Below are positions 34,625-46,623 of a DNA stretch of 64,000 nucleotides, in pieces; positions within the stretch are counted from its first letter, which is position 1, and the number at the start of each line of letters is the position of its first letter. Made by a program: the position numbers and the translations under genes. Below the pieces are notes generated by a model. That model did no database searches and was not told where the DNA came from. It was given only the letters and a program-made list of their open reading frames with translations. The DNA comes from Paragordius varius. Lineage: Eukaryota > Animalia > Nematomorpha. Where the stretch lies: assembly GCA_964247055.1 (NCBI GenBank), contig OZ176051.1:3906001-3970000 (forward strand), read 5' to 3'.

Positions 34625-37600
34625 ATGGGATGTTCCGCCTCAACAAGCAATAATCCAACCCGAGATTTGGGTAAGAATAGAGATGATGCAGGGAATTCTA
34701 ATATGCTGCCCGCTAAAAATAAGAATAAGGCAAACCTTACACCTCGACGTAGCGAAGATGCAGAAGCAAAATTGATCGAAGAAGGTACTAAAGGTCTCCT
34801 TGACTCCCGACTTCCACTTAATCGGAGACAACTGTTTTTGCTTGGGAAATCTTGGAAAGCCATATCCCGTAACATGGATATAGTGGGCGTCAAATTATTC
34901 ACTGGGTAACATTTTTACGTAAAAATTTAAAACGCCATCTTTATACTAAATAAACATTTTATGGAGATTATAAAGCCACCTATTGCTTGATAGTAAGTAC
35001 TATGACTTCTAAATGCAAAGGTAGGCTAAAATAATCTCCATGAAATGATTTAATAGTTTTTGAGTTTTAACATATAAGAAAAAATTCATATTGCTAGGTT
35101 TGTTTAATTTAATATTGCCCAGATAGCATATACAGAAAAGACAAGTATTAGCTAATCTACCATTCACAAGGCAAATTCATCTCGAACAATTCAAATTCAC
35201 CCTAAAAATAAATTATGTGTTTTCGAACTTATATAACTCATTATTAATATGAAACATATCTTTATGGCATAGATAATTATTTTTTCAGTATTATTATTCG
35301 TTAAAACAAAATTTTATTTTTTTAAAAAAAAATTATATAGGCAATTTTTATTCTTAAAAATAATTTATTTGAGGGTGAATTTGAATTGTTCAAGGGTGAA
35401 TTTAAATTGTAAATGGTATAGCAGAAAAAAGCGAAAATTTTATAGGCCATTAATATTGCCTATTGCTGCATGGCAATAATATATTTGAAAACTAGCAATG
35501 TACACTTACTCATGCTGTATGTAGTTTTGTTTTGTGATCTGAAATTGTGATTAGTTACTTATTTCTCATCCTAACTTTTATTCCTGGCTAATTTCAGTTT
35601 ATTTTGGATATTGTTTTTATTTATCTTTAATAGATATACCCGTTTTTTGTTTTTTTGTTTCATCTTTACCCGTTATAAAACTAATATATCTTTACTATAT
35701 GTTCTTATCATTAAGCACCGTAGACCTGTAGCTTGATTTGCAATAAAAAAGATTTGTTGAGATCTATGATATTAGGAACATTCTGATATCTTTTTCAAAT
35801 ATAATTGGGAAATAAGTTATTAAAATCGATTTTATAATATATCTTTCTTAAGGTTATTTTTATTTGGGAATTATTGTAATATAAATTTAATTTTTTAGAG
35901 TTAAAAATATGCAGAATCATCATTTGCATAATAAATTGGATAATAATTTTTAAGCAAATCATAAATTTAATATAATTTAATTATATGGCATATAAATTAT
36001 TTTATTTAATTAAGTAATTATCAAAATTTAATGCTGATATATTGCACTTTTGCATCTATTTTTATTAAATTAATATCAAGTTTCACCTAGTAATATTTAA
36101 GGTGGTAAATACTGTTATGATATTCTAAAAAATGATTAATAATTAATTAGTTCTACTACAAATAGAAAAAATTTTGCCCATTTCAGATACATTTCAAATT
36201 TAAAATTTTTGAAATGCTTTATATAAAAAATACCGATAATCCTAAGCTCTAAAGTTTTACTGATATTTTATAGAATTTCGTTGCAGGGGTCACATATTAC
36301 ATTTTTAAGAAAAACTAAAAAAAGATAGCATTTAAATAGAAAGAAGATAATTCAATCAGAATAAATATTGTTATACACTTAATAATATAACAATAGTTTT
36401 GTTAAAGTTAATTAAAATTGCCAATCGCATCGGTAAACTAACTATGCTATATGGTTTTCCCATACGATGGATCTTTTTACTCTATCTTATGAGAAAATAG
36501 TAAAAAATTTTTGGGACCAATCTCCAGATTTTTTGTCATTCCGTAAATTATATAATTTATCAACATTCTCAAAAAATAAAGATTGAAATCACCCGGAATA
36601 AAAATAAAAACAAATTTTTCCAAAAGACAACCATACCTTTTTAATCCTTAATTTTTTCCATTAAAATTATTTAACTACAATTTTAAAATATATAAACGAA
36701 GGTACAATTTTATTGCTAGTTTGCAAGTTATAAAAGTATTATTTGAAAAATTCGACCATTCTGACGATTATTTGTCTTTATATTTTAACGTTTTGTCCGT
36801 ATAATATCAATTTTTACTCTTACTGCTTTTTATATTTAGCTTATTTCTGAGTAATCCTGAACTCCTCGTCCTGTTCAAAAACATACAAGTTGACAAAGAT
36901 AAGGTTGGGGACCGCGAGGCATATGAGAATAGTTTAGAACTAGAAACGCATTCCGAAATCGTAATGAATACATTAGACGAGGCCATAAGCACTATCATAG
37001 ATTACGACAAATGCCATCAAATTTTAACCAGCATAGGTGCTTATCATTGTACTATCAAAGGTTTTCTCCCCGAATATTTTTTGGTACGTAGTTATTTTAA
37101 TTTATATTTCCAATCAGGTATGGGTGGGTTTTTAATAAAATAATCCCTACTAAAATATTGTGATATCTAATAACACCATTTAAGTAATGTCCGGTAACTT
37201 ATAAGCCACTCGAATATGATTTAATACCGATGATATATTATTATCTTTAAATCATTTAATTTGGAAATCTTTACTACTATTATTATTTTAGTAAGCTGTT
37301 TCTTTCAAATTAAATTGTAACATCTTCGGAAAAAATGGTATATTATTTTTTAGAAAATGTGAAAATAAATAGCCATTTCCATTTAATTCAAAAAAAACAA
37401 ACCATTTATAAAGCTTTTAAGGGATAATCCTTGAGCCTAGTCTACAATAACAGGATATTTATATTAAACAGTATGTTTTCTAAAATAATCAGACCCAATT
37501 AGATATCCGCAAAAATTAAATTATACAAGGGTAACGTACTAAATTTATTTTCTTATCCATCGATCTAAAAATTTTATATAGGATCAAATATAAAAACATC

Positions 37601-40600
37601 ATGGTAAAATTTTTTATAATTAGGTATTTAACCATGTAGCTTAGCACTTTTTTGTCATTAATGAAAAACAGTGGTCTCAAAAAAAATTAAATTAAGTATA
37701 AAAAGAAATATTTGTTTATTGAAATTTTGTAAACTATGAACAGTTATAACACCATTTACAAAAAAATAGGTATAGGTGTGGAAAAGGCATGATAAAATTA
37801 TATTATCTTTCGGGTTTTCCACCCTATATCATTTTAAAAAATAGATTTTGATGATCCCTTAAAAAAGAACATTCTATGTGCTTTTAGGTGAGTCGTTCAA
37901 AACAATAAGGTCTAAAATTACAAAATAATCCTCATCTTATTAGCCTCCAACTATTTTTTTATTGATGTTCTAATTTTGATAGGTAAAAACTGATATATAC
38001 ATTGTAGTTAAAAAAATAATTTGGTGACTTTCGATACGTTTAAATATAGTTGGCAAGGAATTTTCATTAATGATTGATTATATTAATGTGTTTACTTTGA
38101 ATTGGATTGACTGTTATATAAATTTTAGAATCTAGACACAATTGTAATAAAAGTTTATACAGTAAAAATTAAAACTTTGTTTTAAACCAATATGTGACTG
38201 GAGCAGCAGTATTTTTGATCTAGTTTTGGTCCAGATTATTTTTAGATATGTGTTCCTAGGAATATTTTGCCAAAAGGTTTTGGGTTTGTTTCTATTTTGG
38301 TCAAAATTTTTATTTCAGCCAGGCTTATAAATTTACAGATGGTCTTTATTGTGATACAATGTAAATAAAATGTCACAATATGCGTAACATAAAAACTTTT
38401 TAAATTTTCCGAAAACTCAAAAATCCATGTAAATATATGGAATAAAATAATGAAAAATAGTTTGTACCTTGTATCAAATATTTTAAAATATTTGTTCAGT
38501 GCTGGCATTCTGTATCCAAGATGTTAACCAATATAAATGTTAAGGTTAGCATATCTATTTAAACGTTTGAGTCAAAAGCCAAAAAATTTAATTTCATCAG
38601 TTTTATTTTAAAAACTTTAACTTCAATATATTTCTTTTGAAATGGCACTTTGGACGAAAAGCTCCTTATGTGGTGATACTGAAAGCAGGGTAAAAATTAT
38701 ATAAAACGGATTTAATGACTCTAAATCAGTGGTACTCACCAAAAAAATTTGACGGGCCAAATAAAATATATTATTTTTTCTAGGGCCATGAACCAATGGC
38801 TAATATTCCATAGCTATTTGACATATATGCACATATTTAGACTCTAAATCAGCACAATGAATTTTTTATGGATAGCATGTATATCCAGCTAAAAATTCGT
38901 TTTGCACCATTTAAAAAATTAAAATATTTCGTTAACTATTATTTTGATATTAACCAATAATTTTTGACAAATTTGGTTTCGCCTCATGACAGGCCAATTT
39001 TAATAGGTCATCCATATGATCATCGGTTAAGCCATTTCTGTATGTATTCTTGACATACATCATTTTTGAATATGCCGCCTCACACCTGTAAGTTGAAGGA
39101 AAAACAGTTAAGATAACTTGAGCACATTTTCTTATATTCTTACATTTATTTGGCACATCTTGCCAAAACTCTAATCTTTCTTCCCCACGATTCTCCTTGA
39201 AGATAGCTTTCTGAAATCATTTTTAAGATCTAAGAATTCTTCAATGATATGTGCCTTTCAAAACCAAAATGCTCAAGTTGCTTTATATTGGATATATCCA
39301 TAAGCCATGGATTTTCAACGAGTATTAAGCAATTTTTAATATTTCTTAATTCTGAATTTCATCTCATTAGATAAAAATGTTAAATGATAACCTCTGCGGT
39401 AATGTCGCAAAGGTAGGCTAAATAAAACCCTCTGTTTGTCACTATTATTTGCTCGACAAACTTTCTGTCATTTAAAAATAATGGAATTTCATGCCTTAAA
39501 ACAAATCTATTTATTACTTTGATAAGGCTGAGCCATCGCACAGCGGTATACAAATATGGTCAAATTCCCTGTGGATATCTTTCAGAAGGTTTTTAAATTT
39601 ACGGCCGTTCTTTGCCACGGATGTGGTTAACTATATCCACAACCGTTTTAATTACTGAGAGTGATTCATCTTTTATACGCGAAACCAAGTTGCTGATGAA
39701 TAAAGCAGTTAAAGAATATTTTGCAAATTATATTTGTTTATCAAAAGGGGAATAAATCCTTTGTTTATTTCAATGATAGAGGGACACTCATCTGTGCACA
39801 AAACCAATTTTTTCATAGATATGCCATTATTATCGAAAAAGTTCTAATTATTCGTAGGAAATTACTTCTTTTCGTGGTATTATTCATTGGTAAATAATAC
39901 TCGTTGATTATGTTATAGTTGCGAAATCTCACGAGCGCACATTGAGATGTCTTTCCATATTGTATTTTTCATAATTATGTGGTCCTTACATATAAGGCAG
40001 GTAACAACATTATAAAATTTTCTTCCTATTTTTTTAAGGAGCGATTTTCATCGGATAATTTACGTTTTTTAGCATTAGATGTCATCCTTTTAATTTATGT
40101 TTAAATATTATGTAAATTTTTTCAAAAAAATAGGAATATAATTTAAATATGCTATAAAAAAACAGGACGAAATTTAATGATGTTGATGGAAATGAGTATC
40201 AGAAAATGATGTAAGATAGCAATGAAAAGAATATGCAAGTTTGGGTGAAAGGCTTGCTTTACAAAAAAGGAATGCAATAAAAATTTTAAAATAGGAAAGA
40301 AAATAAAATACAGAAACAGAAACAACGTGTGCCAAAATTTTGTAATCCTTTTAATGTATGAAAATTTTTCTACATTTCAAATTGGGTAAAAAATAAAAAT
40401 TACCAAAGTTATTGAAGAAAATAAATTAATATTAAAACACGCAAAAATCCGCTTGTGTGTATTTTGAAAATTCATCAAAAAAATAACTTATGTATCTATT
40501 TGGTCATAGGGCAGTTTTAAAGTACTCTTAGGGCCGCATGCGGCCCGCGGGCCGCGGTTTGAGTATCACTGCTCTAAATTATATCAGAACCCAACATAGG

Positions 40601-40878
40601 TCATATATAAAAAAATAAGGGTAAATTAATGTCTTTGTATATAACCTTTTACTTTTTAAATTTTATTTTAGTAATCTTTATGAATACTCTAGAGAACAGA
40701 AGAACCATTCCTTGAAGCAGTCAAGGAAGTTTTAGGGGACCGGTATAATGCAAACATAGAAAACATTTATCGGATTGGATTGCATTTTATCTTAACGACT
40801 TTGCAACAGGGTTGTCAATCTGGTATCGAACAACAGCAACAGAAATCACAAAATACTTTGGATGTGCCCCCAAATTAA
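34625..40878 (+). CDS. N-terminally acylated globin (globin X-like), 3 exons: 34625-34905, 36840-37083, 40693-40878
   Basis: MGCSAS start (Gly2/Cys3), A-helix LLGKSWKAI, CD1 Phe (LLVLF), E7 His (LETHSEIV), F8 His (IGAYHC), and G/H helices EEPFLEAVKEVLGDRY. Introns lie at the phase-2 (B12.2) and phase-0 (G7.0) positions typical of globins. Confidence 0.92.
35160..35416. mobile_element. MITE (same family as 28610-28836) in globin intron 1
   Basis: TA|CCATTCACAA ... TTGTAAATGG|TA with CAATTCAAATTCACCC / GGGTGAATTTGAATTG subterminal repeats. Confidence 0.82.
38727..40571 (-). mobile_element. hAT (Buster/SPIN-like) transposon remnant in globin intron 2
   Basis: TIRs CAGTGGTACTCA / TGAGTATCACTG and an 8-bp TSD CTCTAAAT with central TA. 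Minus-strand transposase fragments include VLCTDECP and FPSTYRCEAAYSKMMYVKNTYRNGLTDDHMDDLL (hAT dimerisation domain). Confidence 0.9.
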
Positions 40879-41247
40879 TTCATATTTATATTCATACTAT
40901 AAAATCTCTAAAATTATTGTAACCATTATATATATTGATAAAATAAATGTGATTGAAGATTTTTGAAAATAGTCAAAAAATTATAGTTTATCATTTGAAT
41001 TAGTAGATATAATACTTCATAAATAATTTTTCAAAACGAAAATTTCTCTTTTGAAAACCGCCTTAATGTATCCCTTAAAAATTTGAAAAGTAAACTGAAC
41101 CCAGCATTTGGTGCTATATAAACTAACAACAATTGTGCCATTTTTACCTTACCATTACAATACAATAAATTAAACCATCAACAAATATGGTACGTAAATT
41201 TATTATATTATTATCACATTGACTACTATATTGTTTAATTTATTTAT

Positions 41248-42820
41248 TTATTTAGAAGATGATGCAAAGATAGATTTGTAAGTTTCAGTAGCAAATATTT
41301 CCTCCTTTCCAAGTTTCTTTTTACTTTCAATAACGGCCGCATGAACTATCCCACAAGCGTTTACCATTGTTTTATTCTTTTTATATAAGTCGTTTGTGGT
41401 TATGGCCTCAGATATATCTAATTATTAAAAACAATTTCAATAATTTTTAAATTAACTGACTTATTTTATCTATTTATATGAGGTAAAAACAACGTATAAA
41501 TTATAAAAAATGAATCATTTAGGAGAACGCATGGGAATTCTTCAATAAATTACTTTTTAATAAAATTTCCAAATCAATTACACTAATGAAAGAGCTTTTT
41601 TAAGTAAAATGCAAATCGATCATGCAAATTATAAATAATTAACAGGGGTCAATAAAATTCTAATTGTTTATAAAAGATGGTGTTATGGCATTTTTTATCA
41701 CGAAAATTAATCAGTAAACTGAGAGCATAAAGAGAATTCGGATATAATGGGAAAACCCAAATCATCCAAAAATATAAATTTTTAATGAAAAAAACTATCT
41801 GATTAAGTCCAATCATAAAAAAATATAACTATACATTTCACGAGCAAAAATATAATATAATACGCTTTAACCAAACAAAATCAAATCCAATTTCAAACTA
41901 GGAGTAAGATAAACTTATCAATATGTTAATAATTATTAAGGCCATTGCGGTTTTATACGCTAAAATATTTCATAAATTGTTTGTTACAGCCAAAAAAACG
42001 ATGATAAAGAATAATACCTTTGCGTTTGGATGTTACGAAAGTATTGCCATTGACCTTTTTGGTATTTTCAAATCTCTGTAACATACGTTCTTTAAGTTGT
42101 TCAATTTCTTTTTCGTCATCGGAATAAAGGGGAATGAGATCCAAATCTTTGTCATAAGTCTGATTGCACTGATAAAAAGGGATTAATTATTAGCAAAAAG
42201 TACAAAAAGCATAAAAAGAATGTGTAGAAAAAATGTGTTACATTTGGGCATCTTGATTCTTTAATTTCTTTTAAGGCTTTTTCGGATATAACGCAACCAC
42301 ATTTGAATATAAAAGAAAATCTAAAATAAGATATAAATTAATATCAAAACTTGTGAATTCCGTTCATTTCGATTTGCAATATTGGACAAATATAATGAGG
42401 TATAAATTCCGTGCTTATCCCTTTTGTAAACATAATATGTTCATCTGAAACTTTCTTTGCGCTTGTTGAAGCATCCGTATTATTTTCGAAAGCTGGATTA
42501 AGCGTCAACTTAAGTTCTTTGACGTGTTTCAAGCTTTTTATATGAGGAGCATTTGGAATAGATTGTTTGTTGATTAGATGTGTAAGTATGATCTCTTTAT
42601 TATACATTCTAAATTTTAAACAAATTTGTACTTTCCGAGAGAGCAACCGACAACTGGATCTTTTAATTCTTCTTGAGAACTGGCACAATATTTCCATCTC
42701 GCTATTTTCTGAGCATCTTTATCAACCTAAAAAATAAGTTTTGTATATAACTTGTTCGGGTTTTGGTTTTTGCCGGACTAATTCATCACGGCGAGGTATT
42801 GTTCCACCATCACAACCCAT
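41248..42820 (-). CDS. RTF2: Replication termination factor 2 (exons 42820-42752, 42726-42632, 42608-42351, 42320-42242, 42168-42018, 41417-41248)
   Basis: Spliced product MGCDGGTIPRRDELVRQKPKPEQVDKDAQKIARWKYCASSQEELKDPVVGCSLGKMYNKE...HIKSLKHVKELKL...YICPILQIEMNGIHKFSFIFKCGCVISEKALKEIKESRCPNC...YKSIF matches the family signature MGCDGGTIPKRHELV...FICPV.GLEMNG..RF....CGCVFSERALKEI. Confidence 0.93.
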
Positions 42821-45800
42821 TTCAATCTTAAAATAGCCGTACAATAAAGTGGTATGTGTGCTGCAGTATTTTCATAATGTATAAGGTACTTATGCAAAAT
42901 GTGCTAAAAAATTATTATTGGGGTTTAAGAATCATTAAAGTTTTGACTTTTGTATTATTTTTTTATGAAGCCGCAAAATTAGCGCACACAAAATCAAATA
43001 AAGATTAATTCAAAAGCAAAAGACTTAACTGAAAATATAATTATAAATTAACATAACTCTTCACTTTTTGTCCTAGCATACCTTTTGGAGTTTCATATTC
43101 CAGAGCTTAATTTTATAAATAAACAACAGTTTTAAAAATAATTTTAGTTAAAATATAATTAACAGTTTTCATGTAATAGATAAAAAAGCTTTTGTTACAG
43201 TTATATTGTGTGATTTCTAGAGTCTAATATTAGGACAGCATTAAAACACGATCGGGCAAACAGCATAAAATTAAATCAAAATATATCAACTTAGTGGTAA
43301 AATATAGCCTGAAGCTTCTTTAATTATTCACAATTTCTAAGCATAATCTGCATTTATTTACCTGTTTCAGTAGCAACTTCAAATAATATATGGAAAAATA
43401 TGACGGCAAAAATGTTTGAGGAGTTGTTTACAATTTTACATTTTTAATATAAATTTTTATATCGTGCACCAAAAAAGCGAAAAAAAGCTCATTTTTGAAT
43501 TTGTTCCAATGCTAAAAATATTTTTTAAAATATATAAATTTTAAATAGCCCTGGCATAAAACCACCCCTAATAGGTTTTGAAGTGTTAGAATTAAATATT
43601 TTATATGATGTGGGTAACTGATTTTTGTTTATGAATTTAGAAAAGCGCCAAACTTTAACACTTCGATTCGAATTAGGGCATCTAAAAATCTCAGACATCA
43701 TTTAAATTAGTATATTTAAAAATCGTAAAAAACGGTCCTAGCTATAATTTATGCTTCTATCCTAACAAAAATTATAATAAGGCAAAGTATCTTAATAAAA
43801 TTTAGTTTTGGAAAAATGCTCCGTCTTTTTGGACGCGATATTTGTTTTACAAGTTATTGGCAAAATAGTGTTTTTAGGCTAAAATTAAGTTTACTTTTTA
43901 TTAAAATCACATTTAACATTGCTATAAACAGAAAAAATGGTATGTTTTGCAATATTTTTGTTTTTAGCTAATGTATATAGGCTGAATTTTAACCATTGGG
44001 TTTTCCTCTGAACAAGTAACATTAAGTATTTTTGAATGATTTTTTTATTAAATTTTGGTTCATAAAGATTATATAAGTGCAAACATTTCCCATGGTTTCA
44101 ACTTATTTCATATTTTTTAGAATATTTATTTTAAACAAGCCTGGGCTATATATCTACCCCAAATTGAATCGAAGGTCTGAAATAAATCCGTTGTATCCAA
44201 AAGTTAAATCTTTCCTTTAAATATATTCATCGTGATAAATCATTTTTATAGTAAGCGCCATGCATATTTTTGATCTTAAATGAAATAGAGCTTAAACAGA
44301 TTAAAATTGCTTTATAATTTTTTCAATTATTAAAATTAGCGTGGAAGTAAAGTTAATTTAAAACTCTATTTTGACATTTTAAGGCTATAATTTTTTACAG
44401 AAATCTATATAGAAATATGGAATGTTATATGAAAATTTTTCAAAGTTTTTTTAAGATATGTAGTATTCGTTGTTAGGAAAAAATTTAGTTAAGCTCTTTT
44501 AAAATTAGCCACTGGATAAGGCTCCATTACTGATTTCATCACTGTGAATTCAATTATTGTTATAAGAGATAAGGATTAAACACTGGGCTTATTTCTTATG
44601 TTAAAGGGAAAAAAATAGTTAACTATTTTTAAATAATCGGTTGTGGCCCGCCGTGTATTAAAGCCAAGGTATAGATACAACGAGCCTAGGAAACATGTGA
44701 GACCATATGGATTCAATAATTTAAATATTTCCCATATACTAAGAGAAATTTTCAATTAAGCATCATTAAATAAACCACTGTATAAGGTTCCACCCTCTGT
44801 ATTATACACCATCATTTAGAAATACGTAATTTTGAAGCTATTTTTTCCCTAAGTTATGAGACTATAAAAGGTTTTAATTATACTTGTAAAAAAGGAAATC
44901 ATTTTAGTATTGCGCTCTTTTATATTACTGGCAAGGGTCTAACCATATGTTAAATATGCCGCTATAAATAACTTGGCTATGAAGCATTTTTCAGAAAGTT
45001 ATTTAGACCATACGGATTCCATATTTTATATTGAAAAACACAAAAATTAAGTCAAGAGTCTTTTTAAATTAGCATGTTACCACTACATCTCACTCTTTTT
45101 GTCCGCGATGACATATTGGCATAGTTTTATGTCCCAGAACTCACGCTTTTAATTAAACTACTGTGAAAGCTGTTTTAGTTAAAAAATTTCAATAAATATT
45201 GTCCTCCTGTATTTCATAAAAAAGCTTATATTTTTTACAGTTGTGTACTTCACAATTGAGACAGCCTCAAAACACGAATGAAACAAACAGCTGATTTAAT
45301 CACTAAATATCAAGTTTTTGCTAACAAAATGCGCCCTAAAAGCAAATTAATTTTTATGTTTTTAAAGCATAATATACATTATTGCATAGCGGTGTATGAA
45401 AATTTAAAGAATAAAATGACGGGGGAAAAGGCTCAGTTGAGGATTTTTTTTACAATTAACTTTTATCAAGCTTGCGCATTAAAAGCTTTGACAATTATCA
45501 TATTTTATAATTCAGCCTAATACACTAAATAATTTTTAAATATACAAATTTAAAATCGCTCTCATATATAAACCTACCTCAAAAGGTCTTAAAGTGTTAC
45601 ATACGCTTGAAAGCATTTTACGGGACTCCTTTAAGATAATATAAATGTAACACATCCACAAAAAAATATCATGATGACATATATATTTTGTAAGAAAATA
45701 TATCAAAATTATTCTAGTGCTTTAGGTTTTGGCCTTTACGAGTGCTTTAAGAAAGTTATCTACACATTTTTGCTATATGGTCCATAACAGAAAATGGCAT

Positions 45801-46391
45801 TTGCGTAGATTTATTTAAAAAAAGTTTTGGTGAAAGCTATATGCATCATTTTAAAAATACACTAAATATATCAAAATTTTTTATTTTTGATGTGGACCCG
45901 AAAGGCCCAAATTTTTTCTTTCTTCTAAAATGGGCTAGTTCTCTCAAAATAAACCAAAAATGCCGAATTGCGCGATTTAAATTTTTATATGCTAAATTTT
46001 ATGAGATCAATTGATAATATTTTAAAAACTGCAAATTAGGCAAACTTTTTTTGAAGCTTACTTCATACTATTTTGGGCAGATATCGATAAAACGCTTTAA
46101 GATGTTATAAACCACTTTTTCTATATAATTTGATGATTAACTTTTTTATTATTACAGATTGTAATATACGTTTCTTCAAATTACGTGAAATACAAAATGT
46201 GTTTTACAAAATTTCCCAAAACTTGAAAGAGTAGTATGGGACATTAATCTAATCTAATAAAATAATGCTCAATATCCCACACAATCATTTAATATCTAAT
46301 TGTAAAATTTTATGCGCGCTTATTGATTTAAATTTTATAGAATCCTATAACTCCTATAGGAACAAATCTTTTATTCGGGGACTAAATTTGC

Positions 46392-46623
46392 TAGAGGCGT
46401 AGCTTGCTTATCTGGCGCCCCCCCTCCATGCAACTCCTTGCATTTTAAAAAAATAATCAAATTTAAATCGTACTGATTAATGGGTGATTTTTTATGTTTT
46501 ATTTAAAATAATAACTTTGATATACCTATTATATTGAATAATATTAAATTTTTTAAAATCCGCCGCCCCTTCAACTAAGGCGCCCGGTGCATTAGCCCCC
46601 TCCCACCCTTAGCTAAGCCACTA
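46392..46623. mobile_element. Possible hAT-type MITE
   Basis: Imperfect inverted ends TAGAGGCGTAGCT / AGCTAAGCCACTA with GC-rich GGCGCCC subterminal motifs. No convincing TSD. Confidence 0.5.

Noticed and set aside
41190-41290. Plus-strand intron-like signals (gtacgt...tttag, then gtaagt) antisense to the last RTF2 exon
   Set aside because: No supporting frame. It could be a spliced globin 3' UTR, but such signals are common by chance in AT-rich DNA.
42877-43008. 43-aa hydrophobic ORF 56 bp from the RTF2 ATG (candidate head-to-head partner or ZP signal-peptide exon)
   Set aside because: No usable splice donor after the hydrophobic stretch and no homology. Hydrophobic ORFs are expected from T-rich sequence.
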